Notes: generated by a model from the letters alone, not told the origin. A DNA stretch of 64,000 nt from Mobula hypostoma (GCF_963921235.1 NC_086097.1:157792001-157856000), one strand, 5' to 3'. Counted from the first letter of the stretch, positions 35,305-49,419 are shown. Translations and numbers: made by a program.

Positions 35305-38300
35305 GAGTGCATGGCCACGTAGTGATTAAAATGCTCCCGTGCACATAGCCTTTGTTGTCATACAGCTGGAAATTTCTTTTATATATTGTTTATATACTGT
35401 TAATATAACTTTAAAATTATGCTAAGATAATTTTGAAATCTATGTTAATTGTGAAATACTCTGTAATTAATTGTGTTAATGAATATAATTTATAAACTTT
35501 CTAAATAATTAACATTCCATAACCTTTGCTTTGAAACATTTTAGAGCTTCAATATCTTTACATTGTCAATGTTTCAAGTTACCACAATTACAAATTGTAA
35601 CAATAACCATAAAATGGAAGTTGGTAGTTCATTGATGATAAACGGACGGCCCACTGAACACTGAAGCTGTCTAGTCAAAGCAGTTTATTTTTGCCATTCT
35701 GCCTGCCAGTTGTTTTAAATGCCCGTCATAGTTTACTTGTGTTGTGAATTGAGGTTCGTGTTTGTTTGATGTGAAAAAAAATCTATAGTCTAACTTTTTT
35801 GGTAAATATTCTTTCAAAAAAATCATAATTTAATATGAAAATTTGAACTTAAAAATTGTAAGAACAAGGTCAAAATATGCTTCTATAACAATAGTTTGCA
35901 TGACTGTGGTTAATTTGTTAAACATAAATTTTTCAACTTACCTCATTAAATTTTTCAAATAATACTAGTTATTTTTAGTATTCTCAAATAATAATTATTA
36001 ATTTAGTATCCTAAAGATGTTGAAGTAAAAAACAGAGGAGTTAAATGCTTTGAAGACAAAGCTTGTACAAAATTTAAGGTAGAATGGCTTTTGCAACTGG
36101 TAGGTACTGAACTACCATCTTCATATCAAAAACAAAAATTAAAAAGCAGCGATATTTTTACTAATCAAGATATTGGTGATATTGTATGCACCATTTGTGC
36201 AGAAGCAAAAGTTGAGGGTGAGTTTGGTAGTGGAAAAAATGGGAAGAATGGAAGTTACAGTAGATTGCTTAAAATTATATCTTAACCAGAAAATTCATAT
36301 AGATCAGTTACCAAATTATGTCAGGAGAAAGATGGAATTTTGTGCATGTAAACTAAAACTCCAGAAGAGCGTGAAGCAAGAGTGAAACAAGATGCGCAAA
36401 AGAAGTCTAACACTGATATGTGTTAAATGGTAATTGATAATTTCCTTGGAATTAAAACTGATGCCATAAATGCATTCCCTGCAAAAACAATTCATCCACT
36501 TCGCCAACTATATAAACATACAAGAGAGTTAGCACAACAAAAAACATGCATTTCAACTTGCTGAATGCATCAGCTTTGTGCTTCAGAAACAGAGAATGGA
36601 AGGACTGTGGAAATCTATTTTCCATATACTAAATGCTGATGAAAGTCAGTACAGAAAATGCTAATGTTGTATTTGAAGTTTCAACCGGAAAATGAAACTT
36701 TCTATACAACTGTTTGTGGATATTTTGAAACTAACTGCATGTGACAGTATCACTATTGTTGAAGCAATGAAAAGAAATGATATCAGCAACAACCTTGATA
36801 TTCAAAAGATGGTGATGCTTACATCAGACGGGGCAAATATTGTGCTTGGAGTAATGGTGTGGCAGCAATTCTTGAACAAGAAATAAAGCATTTGTCTGAG
36901 CAACACTGTGTTGCACACAGAGAAGGTCTGGGATTAGACAACACATGGAAAAAAATATTAATTACACAGAATATAGAAACGCTGCTACTAATAATGTATG
37001 CAATAGTCAACAGGTCATTGGTTAAAAAAGGAAAGCTAGAAAAATTAGTTTATGTCACAGAAGTGATGTTGTGTCATTTAGACCACTAAACAAAGTAAGA
37101 CAGCTGTCAAGACTTTTGCTATTACTGCTTTATGAGGAATTACCAAGCTTTGATCCAGTATCACAAAGAGCAAGTTAATGAATGTAACATCCAATCATCA
37201 ACTACTGAAGATTTTGACCAACCTACAATATTGAGTAGCATTAACTATCCTTAACTATCTTCCTAAATTCCTTCAGAAAAGCTGTTTAATAGAATTTAAG
37301 CAGTGCAATATGCCAAAGCAAAAGTTAACAAGTTACCGTCACTGTACCTTGATGGTATCATTTATTGAACTGATAAAGTGAAAGATCTGCCTGCATCTAC
37401 AAGTTTTGATGTCAATACAGTGCCTATTATTTGATGCATTCAATGTGTGTGTAATCACTTCAATAATAGATTTCCTGATGATGAGTTAAGACAACGGTAA
37501 GCTTTTGACCCTGCTGCTATTGCAATCGCAGCCAATTTTGAATTTGCAAAACAGGGTGTTGTATTACTGACAAAAATATACTCAGCTATTATTACAAACT
37601 ATGATGAAAGCATTACCTCATTGCTGAGAAAGTTAAAACTGTTTCAATTAAGACATTCACTCATATGTTGAACTACATGCTTAGAAAGAAAGAATTTGAA
37701 AACTGTCAATTCTTGTCAACATCATTGGAACACTTCAAGCTCCTAGTGCTGACTGTGAACATAGATTCAGTTCTATGAATTCAATCAAACGTAAATCCAG
37801 AAACAGACTAGAAGTGGAAAATTTGGATGATCTAATAAGTATTTTAGGCTGGCAGGGTAGAGATGTGTCTCTACCAAAGGAGGTGCACCTTCCCCCCACT
37901 AGCCTGCAGGTCACCCTTGGGCAAGATGTAGCACCTGCTTAACCACCCCGCCTCGATCAGGGTCACTTGAAGCCATGGAAACAGGTGGCATATCATCATA
38001 TGAGCAGCTGGTGCATATCACAAGTCCTGGTGATGCGACCACTGTTGCCAGGCAGACATTCGCTGAAGAGTATTGATAATGGCTTGTAAAGACACTGCCC
38101 AGAAGGCAATGGCAAACTACTTCTTGAGAAAAACTTTGCCAAGAATAACCAGGGTCATGGAAAGACCATGATCACCATGTCATACAACATGGCTCAAAAC
38201 AAACAAACAAACGAATGAGGATTAAGACGCATCTTTCATCCGGGTGTAAAATTAATCTGGACAATAGTTATAGACTGTGTTTGTAATAAAGACTGATGAG

Positions 38301-38470
38301 AAAACGTTACAAAACATGAAAGATTTTCTTTGATGTACTGTATTTCATTATATCCTTCAATTAATAAATAAAATCAAACATATGTGATTTTTTTTCAAAT
38401 TTCATTCTAGATATTCATAGTATGCATACTACAAAAAAAGTGCCGCGCAGTTTTCAGGCCATGTAAAAGT
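35305..38470 (+). mobile_element. Fossil hAT transposon with decayed transposase (ZNF862/KIAA1586-like family)
   Basis: Fragments IVCTICAEAK, MLTSDGANIVLG, QHCVAHREGL, and a hAT dimerisation motif SADCEHRFSSMNSIKRKSRNRL at about 37740-37810; many stops and frameshifts. Confidence 0.8.
37845..38215 (+). mobile_element. RTE-related SINE inserted into the hAT transposase fossil
   Basis: agaaggcaatggcaaactact (RTE/BovB-type 3' motif) and (aaac)n tail; transposase homology resumes after about 38215. Confidence 0.6.
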
Positions 38471-39749
38471 TTCTCACCCCACTCCACCCCCCACTGCCCC
38501 AATAAGACATCCAGCAGGAATTTGAGGATATGATATCTTGGATAACCAGCCCATCTGCATTGTTTTAAATTTCAGGTTCACCTGGTTCTTAATGTGCTCT
38601 CTTTCCTCATCTTGCTCAACATCAAAGTTACACTTCAACCAGTGTGGAAAGAAATATCAGTAACTCAAATCATTGCATAATTTGTATTGTCACTTCCCTA
38701 AAGTAAATTCAATTCAGAATTAGGGTGGGACCAGAAGTTTTCAGCTGCTTCTTCGATTCTAATACAAAGGAGGAAGGCGTGTTTATTTTTTCTTGCAGAA
38801 TATATGAGCTCCAATAAGTTCTGTGGCTCATTAGTTTGTTATGTTTAATTGTAAGGAGTAAAGATGACCATCCTCCTGATTATATTTGATACATATTAGG
38901 AAGGTGGAATCTCCACATTGCATGGATACACCATCCAATGGAACGAAACCTTACTGACCTCCACACCATAAACAATCATTATAAAGTGGAGCAACCTAAA
39001 AGCATACCATTTGAAATCCCTGAAAGCTAAGCTAGTTCTACACCACAGCTGGGGCCTCAGAAAAACATGAATATCTAGCTTTACATGTGAACAGCCATTT
39101 TATGTCAAGGTCCCAGGATACCTCCTGAATTTCCCCAAAGATATTCCCTTGACTAGAAGGAATGGAGAAATTATGTTCTGACTGAAAAATAAATGAAATG
39201 GTGGTTAGTACTGGAATATCCTCATGAAAGAAAACTCTTGTGTGCTTTCAGCATTTTCTGTTATTGCTCCATGCTTGAAACCCAGTTGTCAACAAATGAA
39301 GCTCCCTGAGTTTAGCCCTGGAATTTCAGATACATATTTGTTCATGTAGCAGCACCAAAATTGATACAAGTATATACGTTTCTTTAGCTGCAAAAGAATT
39401 TCTTTATTTTCTCATGACTGCTTCAATCCATTCTATTGATGGCTAGTTACTTCCCTAAAGCTTTTTTGATGAGTAATTTTAGCCTTAAACAAATTCCAGT
39501 TTCTTCAGCTGCTTTGACAAAGCACAATGATCAACAGAGAATCCCATGGGTTGTTTTCCTGCCAGACATAAATCTGTTTTATGGGTGGGAAGGGATTAAG
39601 GTGAGGAGTGGAACAGAAGAGATAGGAAACTAATTATCTGTTGTTTCAGAACAAAGAAAAGAAAAACTTGTGTAATTGATGTTTTTTCCCCAGTAATAAT
39701 TACATGGAATATTATCTTTCATTATCTTAGTTCCTTAAGGTTGTTATAG

Positions 39750-40820
39750 CCGGGGTTGGTGATGGGGACAAGCGCCCACTACCTATTAAATGCCCCCAGT
39801 GGCATGCGCCTCAAATAGCCTCCGACAACCAAGTCCAGCTCCTGGCCTTCACATGTGGCTTAGCTACTAAGCCCGTGTCAGAGAAATATTAGGAACTGCA
39901 CTCAGACACGGAGGAGATCGCTTCAACCAATCTTTATTTGTGATACCACGGGGAACTCTTCCCTAGGAGCGGGGTGTCAGAGTTCCAAAAACAGCTTCAA
40001 GTACAGCTTCATTTATACCGTTAAGGACATATCAATAAGCACTACAAGCAAGGGGTATCGGTTAGTTAACATCTGTTCACACACTCATGATCACAGCACA
40101 TTCCAGCGATGAGACAGTAGGATGCAGGCCTTGGGGTTTAAATCAACAGAAAAGGACAACATTCACAGTTCAGAGTCAATCTTGATACATGACCTCCGTG
40201 CAGACACACAATACATTCTGTTGCCCTTTAATCACGATAAGGAAGCCGCTCTAGCAGAAATATGCTAATATATGACAAAGAATTACAAAAACAGGGACAG
40301 ACTGGTGCATTCGGTTCCCGCCCCCACCCCACTCTCACCTTTCACAGGTATTCAGGCATTTATTTCATTTAGTCCATTTTAACCTTTTGATGCTTGAAAA
40401 TTCCTCCACAGCCCGATGGAACTGTTTCAACGTTTCTACTGACAGGAGAAGGGGCAAAGGCATGTCACCGGTGCCTTAATCAGGCAGGCGATGCTCATCA
40501 GCCATGGCTGGCAGCTGATCGAGGAGGAGGAAAACACTGACCGCAAACCTCCGACTGCCTTGCGCCCATATCCACACACGGGAAAGTCTTCCGGAGTAAG
40601 TCCCAAGGGTAAAATCCAGAGCTGGAGTCCAGACTGGCCACTCCTGCGATGCTGCTGGCACCGAACTATATCGCTCTCTGCTGTTCCTTTGGGTTCATCA
40701 GGTTCATGATGAAGGGGAGCTTGCTACATGGGCAACAGCTTGCTCTCCATATTTTACTGCCCAGGCTTGCTCATCTAGACAACTGGAACACAATATCCAT
40801 GGCCAACTCTGGCCGACGGA
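39750..40820. mobile_element. GC-richer interspersed repeat (possibly RTE 5'-UTR-derived) split by a solo LTR
   Basis: Composition shift; continuous sequence is restored when 39876-40415 is removed. Confidence 0.45.
39876..40410 (-). mobile_element. Solo LTR (535 bp)
   Basis: TGT...ACA termini, perfect 5-bp TSD GCCCG (39871-39875, 40411-40415), minus-strand TATAAA near 40012 and AATAAA near 39935. Confidence 0.85.
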
Positions 40821-42104
40821 GGAATCAGCATTATTTTTCATGTTTTTCCCATTTTAGACAAACATAAAACTTTGTTGACTCAGTACAATAAAGTATAAGC
40901 AAAATGCAACAGATGTTGGGAACCTGAAATAATTTTTAAAAAAGATAAATTAACACATCACATTTGGCAGCATATGCCATGTCTTCCTTTTAGCTTTTAT
41001 CAGAACTGTTCATAGCAGAAAGATAGGGAAAAGATCAAGTAAAACTCAAATGGGAAAAATCAGAACACCTGTGGAAATTCAATAAGTAAAAGATTATTGA
41101 AGGATCTCCAGAAGTGTTTTCATTACAACTATTCAATCTATCTCGAACAATTTAATGATAATGCACATAGCAGTATCAGTTCTATCCTTGTTTAAAAAGA
41201 TTATTTAGTTGAGGAAATGTTCAGAGATTTGTTTTTGTGCAACTCAGGAATAACATGAACCTTTTTTCTCTTGAAAGAGGCCTTACAGCACAACTTCAAG
41301 CAGCACTGGAGACAAGATACCAGATTTGTATTTATTGTGGAAAAGGTGGAAGATTAATTAAAGTGGAAGACATGTTGCCCTGCTATTGAAAATTAGGTCA
41401 ATGCCTGTTCTGCCTCTAGAGGCACTGCTTAGTAGATGTACTTTGAAGGAAACGTTATGTTTATTGCTCATCACTATTAGGCTACCATCGTGCCACGAGT
41501 TCACTCTGGTCTACATGGCATAGTTATGGAATGTTGCATGTATATATTACCTTGGTTAACACTAATCATGAGAATAATTGATAATATTAGTATATTCAGG
41601 CATGCGACAATTCTGTATTTAATCGAAAAAATCTGTTACTTAACTTTCTACTCTTTCACAAATTTATCTCATTAAAAACCCTGAAGAAAGCTTCGAGCTC
41701 GGGTGATTTTGGATAAGGCATTTAACTCCCTGTCTAGCTTTGTACACAATGCACTGTAAGGGCAGTAGAGTCCTAATCTATAAAGTTTAGGCTGCCCTTG
41801 AGGCCTGAGTGTTATGCAACTAAACAATTAACATACACAATGATCTTTTGTTTATAGATTGGAAGCTGAGGAAAGTGTGGCTTAGAATGGTCAAGGGTTG
41901 GTGTCATACAAACAAACACAAGCGATTGTTTCAATTTTCCTTCACCTTCTCCATCTCCAGTAAACAGAATGAACAAATGTGGCTGCAGATCTGAACTATG
42001 GGAGATGTCCACATGTAACAAAACTGCATAGTCCCTTCATATGGAATCCAAAAGCTTACAAATTTATAAACACACAGGACTCCCATCTGCAACACATTGC
42101 AACA

Positions 42105-43950
42105 AGCTTTTATAGATATGTAAAAAGGAAAAGACTGGTAAAGACAAATGTAGGTCCCCTACAGACAGAAACAGGTGAATTGATTATGGGGAGCAAGGAC
42201 ATGGCAGACCAATTGAATAATTACTTTGGTTCTGTCTTCACTAAGGAGGACATAAATAATCTTCCAGAAATAGTAGGGGACAGAGGGTCCAGTGAGATGG
42301 AGGAACTGAGCGAAATACATGTTAGTAGGGAAGTGGTGTTAGGTAAATTGAAGGGATTAAAGGCAGATAAATCCCCAGGGCCAGATGGTCTGCATCCCAG
42401 AGTGCTTAAGGAAGTAGCCCAAGAAATAGTGGATGCATTAGTGATAATTTTTCAAAACTCATTAGATTCTGGACTAGTTCCTGAGGATTGGAGGGTGGCT
42501 AATGTAACCCCACTTTTTAAAAAAGGAGGGAGAGAGAAACCGGGGAATTATAGACCGGTTAGCCTACCGTTGGTGGTGGGGAAAATGCTAGAGTCAGTTA
42601 TCAAAGATGTGATAACAGCACATTTGGAAAGCGGTGAAATCATCGGACAAAGTAAGCATGGATTTGTGAAAGGAAAATCATGTCTGACAAATCTCATAGA
42701 ATTTTTTGAGGATGTAACTAGTAGAGTGGATAGGGGAGAACCAGTGGATGTGGTATATTTGGATTTTCAAAAGGCTTTTGACAAGGTCCCACACAGGAGA
42801 TTAGTGTGCAAACTTAAAGCACACGGTATTGGGGGTAAGGTATTGATGTGGATAGAGAATTGGTTAGCAGACAGGAAGCAAAGAGTGGGAATAAACGGGA
42901 CCTTTTCAGAATGGCAGGCGGTGACTAGTGGGGTACCGCAAGGCTCAGTGCTGGGACCCCAGTTGTTTACAATATATATTAATGACTTGGATGAGGGAAT
43001 TAAATGCAGCATCTCCAAGTTTGCGGATGACACGAAGCTGGGTGGCAGTGTTAGCTGTGAGGAGGATGCTAAGAGGATGCAGGGTGACTTGGATAGGTTG
43101 GGTGAGTGGGCAAATTCATGGCAGATGCAATTTAATGTGGATAAATGTGAAGTTATCCACTTTACTGGCAAAAATATGAAAACAGGTTATTATCTGAATG
43201 GTGGCCGATTAGGAAAAGGAGAGGTGCAACGAGACCTGCGTGTCATTATACACCAGTCATTGAAAGTGGGCATGCAGGTACAGCAGGCGGTGAAAAAGGC
43301 AAATGGTATGCTGGCATTTTTAGCGAGAGGATTCGAGTACAGGAGCAGGGAGGTACTACTGCAGTTGTACAAGGCCTTGGTGAGACCACACCTGGAGTAT
43401 TGTGTGCAGTTTTGGTCCCCTAATCTGAGGAAAGACATCTTTGCCATAGAGGGAGTACAAAGAAGGTTCACCAGATTGATTCCTGGGATGGCAGAACTTA
43501 CATATGAAGAAAGACTGGATGAACTAGGCTTGTACTCGTTGGAATTTAGAAGATTGAGGGGGGATCTGATTGAAACGTATAAAATCCTAAAGGGATTGGA
43601 CAGGCTCGATGCAGGAAGATTGTTCCCGATGTTGGGGAAGTCCAGAACGAGGGGTCACAGTTTGAGGATAAGGGGGAAGCCTTTTAGGACTGAGATTAGG
43701 AAAAACTTCTTCACACAGAGAGTGGTGAATCTGTGGAATTCTCTGCCACAGGAAACAGTTGAGGCCAGTTCATTGGCTATATTTAAGAGGGAGTTAGATA
43801 TGGCCCTTGTGGCTACGGGGATCAGGGGGTATGGAGGGAAGGCTGGTGCAGGGTTCTGAGTTGGATGATCAGCCATGATCATAATAAATGGCGGTGCAGG
43901 CTCGAAGGGCCAAATGGCCTACTTCTGCACCTATTTTCTATGTTTCTATG
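42105..43950 (+). mobile_element. Young 5'-truncated CR1 (HER1-like) LINE with open RT frame
   Basis: Uninterrupted frame to 43859 with KSPGPDG, NYRPVSL, YLDFQKAFDKV, GVPQGSVLGP, KFADDTK; 3' tail ttttctatgtttctatg. Confidence 0.95.
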
Positions 43951-43951
43951 T

Positions 43952-44330
43952 AACACACACAAAACTGTAGAGAAACTCAGCAAGTCAGGCAGCATCTAAT
44001 GAAATGAATAAACCATCATGTTTCAGACTGAGACCTGTATCATGAGGGTGGGGGGTGGAGGAAGCCAGAATAAGTAGGTGGGGGGAGGGGAAGAAGTACA
44101 AGCTATTAGGATAGGTAAGGGGAGGGGGTATGAAGAAAGAAGCTGGAAAAGTGAAAGATGGAAAAGGTAAAGGGCTGGAGAAGAAGGAATTTGATAGGAG
44201 AGGAGAGTGGACCATGGGAGAAGGAGACAGGGGTGGGGGGGGGGGGCACCAGCAGGAGCTGATAGACAGGTGAGAAGAGAAGAAACATGGGGCAGAGTTG
44301 GGGATTGATGACGATGGAAGGGGAAGGACT
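43952..44330 (-). mobile_element. Penelope-like terminal repeat
   Basis: aacacacacaaaact...aactcagcaagtcaggcagcatcta plus purine tract. Confidence 0.65.
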
Positions 44331-44544
44331 CCCATTTACTCTTTTACCTTTTTTAAATCTAGTTTGGTCTTGTCCCTCTACTTCATTACTCCTTATTCCT
44401 ATGCTCCAGTGAAACTGTCAAACTTGATCAAGGCCTTTTGTAAGATCCATGTATAATATTTCCTTCATTAGCCAAGTCAGCAAAAAAAATTTGAGGTTTA
44501 ACAGGCAGAAATTTTCCCTTGAATACAAGGTAGGCTATATACAT

Positions 44545-44572
44545 AAACAACAGGAATTCTGCAGATGCTGGA
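44545..44572 (-). mobile_element. 28-bp Penelope-terminus micro-insertion with 13-bp TSD
   Basis: aaacaacaggaattctgcagatgctgga flanked by aggctatatacat (44532-44544, 44573-44585). Confidence 0.85.
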
Positions 44573-44960
44573 AGGCTATATACATTATTATTCTAAATCT
44601 CTGTGTCTTGTAATGTTATTCAGAAAGACTCAAAATATTCACTGGAAAAACTCCATCAGTATCCAAAAACATCTTTTCAGGCCCTGATACTTTGGAATTT
44701 TATTTCAGCATAACTAGCTTGCATGAAATTTTACTTCATTTCAGCCCATTAGTAATGTAGTGATTGAAGTTATAGTACCCACCATTGCTTTCAGAAATTG
44801 TTTCCTGTTTTCCAGTTTACTTCCTATACTGGGCATTTTTCAGTGGGAAACTCCAAGACATTCAGGTCAATAAGATATTAAGACTAGAGGGGTGGAGTTA
44901 TGGTGGGGGGGGAGTTCAAAGGACATGTGCAGACAAATTTCTCCATACAGAGGGTGGTGG

Positions 44961-46369
44961 CAGACATCCCACCTCTCCCGGAAGTTCTGGGAGTCTCCCA
45001 CATATTGATAGTGGCTCCCTGATGCCCGGAAATCAATTTTTTTGAGAGGGAGAGGGAGAGCGAGTGTCCTGATTGGTTTCTCTTCGTGCTAAGAGTGGTC
45101 CCCAACCACTGGGCCACGAGGAAACGATATGATTTGGCGATATGAGACGATATGAGTCAGCTGCACCTTTCCTCATTCTCTGTCACGCACTGTTGAACTT
45201 GAACGCACACGAGGTCATTACGCACATGTCATCCATGTCAGCATGGGAAGATCAGCTCCTCGAGTTTGCAAATGACGGCGGGCTGAAAAGTATGTTTGAC
45301 ATAACATCTTTTTCAGCATTCTGGATCAAAGTCAAGGCTGAATATCCTGAGATAGCCACGGATGCACTGAAAACGTTGCTTCCATTTCCAACATATCTCT
45401 GCCAAATGGGGTTTTCTGTAATGAATGCAATAAAAACTAAATTGTGGAATAGACTGGACATAAGGAACCCCCTTCGAGTATCGCTGTCTCCCATCACCCC
45501 TCAATAGGACTGTCTTGTTGCAGGAAAACAAGCCCAGGGCTCTCACTGATTCAGCGATATTGGGGTGTTGCAATAATTTTATATGTTCATACGGGGAAAA
45601 TATGTGCTGTGTGTTTAATATCCAAACATTACTTAAAATGTTATGATGCTATTGACTTATAATTGACTTAGCACGATATTCATGCGAGGAAAATATGCAC
45701 TGTGTGTTTAATATTAAATACGTTAGATTAACCCTTTTAGAAACGAAATTGAGTGTTTTAGCCACTTATAAGTGACTTATATTCCGGTCATGATTAACAC
45801 CACCACCCCCCTCCCCCCCGGTCGGCCGGTCCGCAAGAATATTGTCAATATTAAACCAGTCCGTGATGCAAAAATGTTGGGGACCCCTGCTAAGTAGACC
45901 TATCAGTTACAGTCGACCTCAAAAATAATGACGGTGTTGCTCGCTGCACTGTTTGCAGTAGTAACTTTTCTATTGCCCATGGTGGGTTAAAATGTAAAAG
46001 ACATGTTGAGGTGAGTTTAACAGGTGTCATTCGTTCATTAGCATAGCTAACGTTATTTAAACTAGCTGGCTGGCTGCTAAGGAGCTACGCTACTGATGTC
46101 CTACGTGATGAGGTCAAACTCCCTGTAGATTTGTTTAAAGTTGTAATAGAATAAACATGATAATAAAGTATAATATAAGTACATATTTTAATGTCACATT
46201 TTCTGCGTGTACCCAACTTGGTTTACAGATTAGACAAAAATCACTAAACAAATTATTACATACACCCTTGGAGATTGACCGGGGGGGTGGGGGGGGAGTG
46301 GTGATATGGGGTTGTAGGGGGCAGGGGTGCTATCTCCCTGAAATGAGTTTTTGCAGGGTGGGATGTCTG
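44961..46369. mobile_element. Non-autonomous TIR DNA transposon (probably hAT) inserted into a CR1 3' fragment
   Basis: Perfect 13-bp TIR cagacatcccacc / ggtgggatgtctg; CR1 tail sequence on both sides; TSD not clear. Confidence 0.75.
45094..45889 (+). mobile_element. hAT Charlie/Buster-type deletion derivative with C-terminal dimerisation domain
   Basis: TIRs agtggtccccaac / gttggggacccctg; ctaag on both flanks; ORF 45142-45507 FWIKVKAEYPEIATDALKTLLPFPTYLCQMGFS...KTKLWNRLD. Confidence 0.85.
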
Positions 46370-46929
46370 TAGAGGGTACCTGTTATGTGAGGCCAGGTGG
46401 ATAGTGGAGTGCGGGATAGTGGAAGCCATTTAAGAGGCTCTTAAATAGGCACATGAATGTGCAGAGAATGCAGGCATTAGTTTAGCTAGGTGTTTAACTA
46501 CTAGTTTATTTACTTCAGCACAATATCATGGGCTGAAGGACTATGTTCTCTCCCAGATACCATTCACTTTGATTAGTAAAATAACATGAACATAGTTTTT
46601 TTTTGCTGTGCATTACAATTGACTTCAATCCCTTTGAATAGTTAAAATCTTTCAAAATCTACTTCCAATTGCTATCTACCTGAAAATGGGTCAGTTTTTA
46701 CAACATTTTGCTCTTCTGTGCCTGATACTAAGATTTATTTCTACATAACACCCATTTTATTGAAGTATTACAAGATGCTACCGGGATAATTTAATACTTC
46801 AAGAGGAAAGACAATATTATAGGAGTGAAAACAGGATATCAAAGAATTCCAAATAATCTCGGATAAAAATCTGCTCCAGATCAGTACATCATAATATTTA
46901 CTTAAAAGTCATGGATTTTCTGACACCCT

Positions 46930-47390
46930 AATTATAGGTAGGATGTACAAGCTTTAGAGAGTGCAGAGGACATTTACCAGGATGCTGCCTCAATTAGAGA
47001 ACATGTCTTATGTTGAGCGCCCTTTGGAGCGAGGAATGGTGAGAGGAGACTTTATAGAGTTGCGTAGATGATAAGAGGCATGGATAGAGTGGACAGTCAG
47101 TGCCTTTCCCAAGGATTGTAGTAGCTAACACAAGTGGACATACTTCTAAGGTGATCAGAAAAAAGTAAAAAAGGGATGTCAGGAATAGCAAGAGAATGTT
47201 AAGTGCATGGAACACTTTCCTGAGGGTCTGATATATTAGGGACATTGAACAGGCTTGAAGACAGGCACATGGATAAAAGAATAATGAAGGGCTATGGGAG
47301 GGAGGGTTCGATAAATCTTGGGTTAAATGATCAGCACAATCATGTAGGCCTAAGGAACTGTACTGTGACGTGCTGTACTGTTCAATGTCC
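46930..47390 (+). mobile_element. CR1 3' fragment, degraded
   Basis: gagagtgcagaggacatttaccaggatgctgcct and CR1 tail motifs. Confidence 0.75.
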
Positions 47391-49419
47391 TATTGTATTT
47401 TGAGTATCTGGTCTCCAGTAGTTGCTGAATTAAGTAGGCCACAGTGTCAAATGCACCATTCTAAATAAAAGTTTGATTTTAAGTGTTGTATGTAAATAAT
47501 TGTTTTACACTTCCTATTTGTTTCCATTTTCAATGTACAGTATGTACCATCACATTACATGTACTTATCTGTTACCGACTTCACCTTGCCAGCACACTTC
47601 AATAACCAGGCACAAATGCATTTGTCATATCAGGAAATCTTGTCACACTTACCAGTCAACCACAAGATTAAATGTGATTGCCTCCAGAAATTTTAGAAGA
47701 TGTGTATTCAATGAAGGCAAATCGGATTGTTAGCATGTTTAGCAAAGCAACAAATGTGACATTAAAAAATGCCAATATCAAAATTAAATCCATCCAGTAA
47801 ATGGAATATGAATACCAAGTACTTTACATTAACACTTAAGATATAAAATCAAATGTAGACTATGCAACCTGTCAAATTTACTTTCCACTCAATAAGAACA
47901 TACGACTGCACCATGATTTCATCTGTACTTTGCTGCCCAAACCTCAAATCTCCTAATTCCTGTAGAGTCCAGAAACCTACTGTTCTATTAAATTTACTCA
48001 CAAACTGAGTATCCATGGCCTTTTAGAATTGTAACCCTAACCGAATCCCCAATAAAGAAATTTCTCTTCACCCTAAGACTATGCCTTCTGATCCTAACCT
48101 CTCCAGCCAGGAACAACACTATTTTAGAATCTACCTTTCCATATCCAGTCAGAATCTAGAGCACATTGATGATAACCTTCTGAGTGTAGAGGCAACCTTC
48201 TCAAAGTCTCCTCATTGGACAATTCAGTGTCTTCATTACTCAGTGTCTAACTCTTCTTAAGCAGAGACACCAAACTGCGCGTAACACGTCAGACTAAGGT
48301 ATATTTATACCAAGGCTTCCATTATTTTCAAACAACACACCAGAAAGATTTTCTACACTTGCTTCATAGGTAAGAGTTACTTTTTCTTAATATCTCCTCA
48401 CCTTGAGCAACAGTATTTGTACTGTTAGGAGACCAGTCCAACTTCCCAGGTCCATGTTAACATGCACACACACACATACACCATGACAAACAGAATTGCT
48501 TCATGCTTGATATTTATGTATCTAAGCCCTTAGGAAGACAGTTAAGATGAGTTAAGGAATAGAAAGTATGGGCATAGGGAAAGAAGAAAATTACACTAAC
48601 AAGGCTGTAAGACCATCAAAAAGTGACCACTAACTTACATAATCATTTGAATAGGCAGATATAGAGAATGTATTTAGATCATAATTATTTCATTGTATTG
48701 AGAATTGATTGGAGAAATTAAGCTTTCTACACAGAGAATAATGAGAATGTGGAACATTGTATCAAAAAGAGAAGTTATGATTAGCAGTAATGTTTCACAC
48801 AAGAAGAGAGAAAAGTGGATTAGGGATACAAAATAACAAACTTTGTGGTTAAGGTTTAATGAAGTCGATAGTGTGGAGAGGGAATAGCTACAGAATCTGG
48901 TAGGACCGAATTAGTTCTTTGTGCACTCTGTAAATTGATGAAATGCAAAAGGCATAAAAATAACAATGCCTCAGTCATGTTATACACATGAACATTTGTG
49001 AGAACTGGTCTAGCTTTAAAAAATAAGTACATAAAATCAGTATAGCTGGAGATATCCCTGAATTCACTGGCCCTCACCCTGGAATTCTAGACATCAGAAA
49101 TAGTCATTTCACATTTCGATCAATGCAGAAATGGTCCAGCAGTACAATACCTGCTCTACAGGTATGTAATAAAAAGCAGTCTACTATAGCCAGAGCAAGT
49201 AGCAATTTTTCTTTTATGAATTCTGATGTGTTTTCAAGGTATTTTTGACACACTTAACATCCTGATTACACTCTTTTCATCATTATATTGTATACATATT
49301 TGCACTGGGTAACATATGATCCCTATTTATTTTCTTTTCCCTAACCAAAAAGAATATTGTAAGTTTATTGACCATGAAGCAATTGAACTACTCATCATTT
49401 ATTTCAGCGATAAAGTACT

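Noticed and set aside
41979..42105. N-terminus of the 626-aa ORF as a real protein start
   Set aside because: Non-ATG start in flanking DNA upstream of a 5'-truncated CR1
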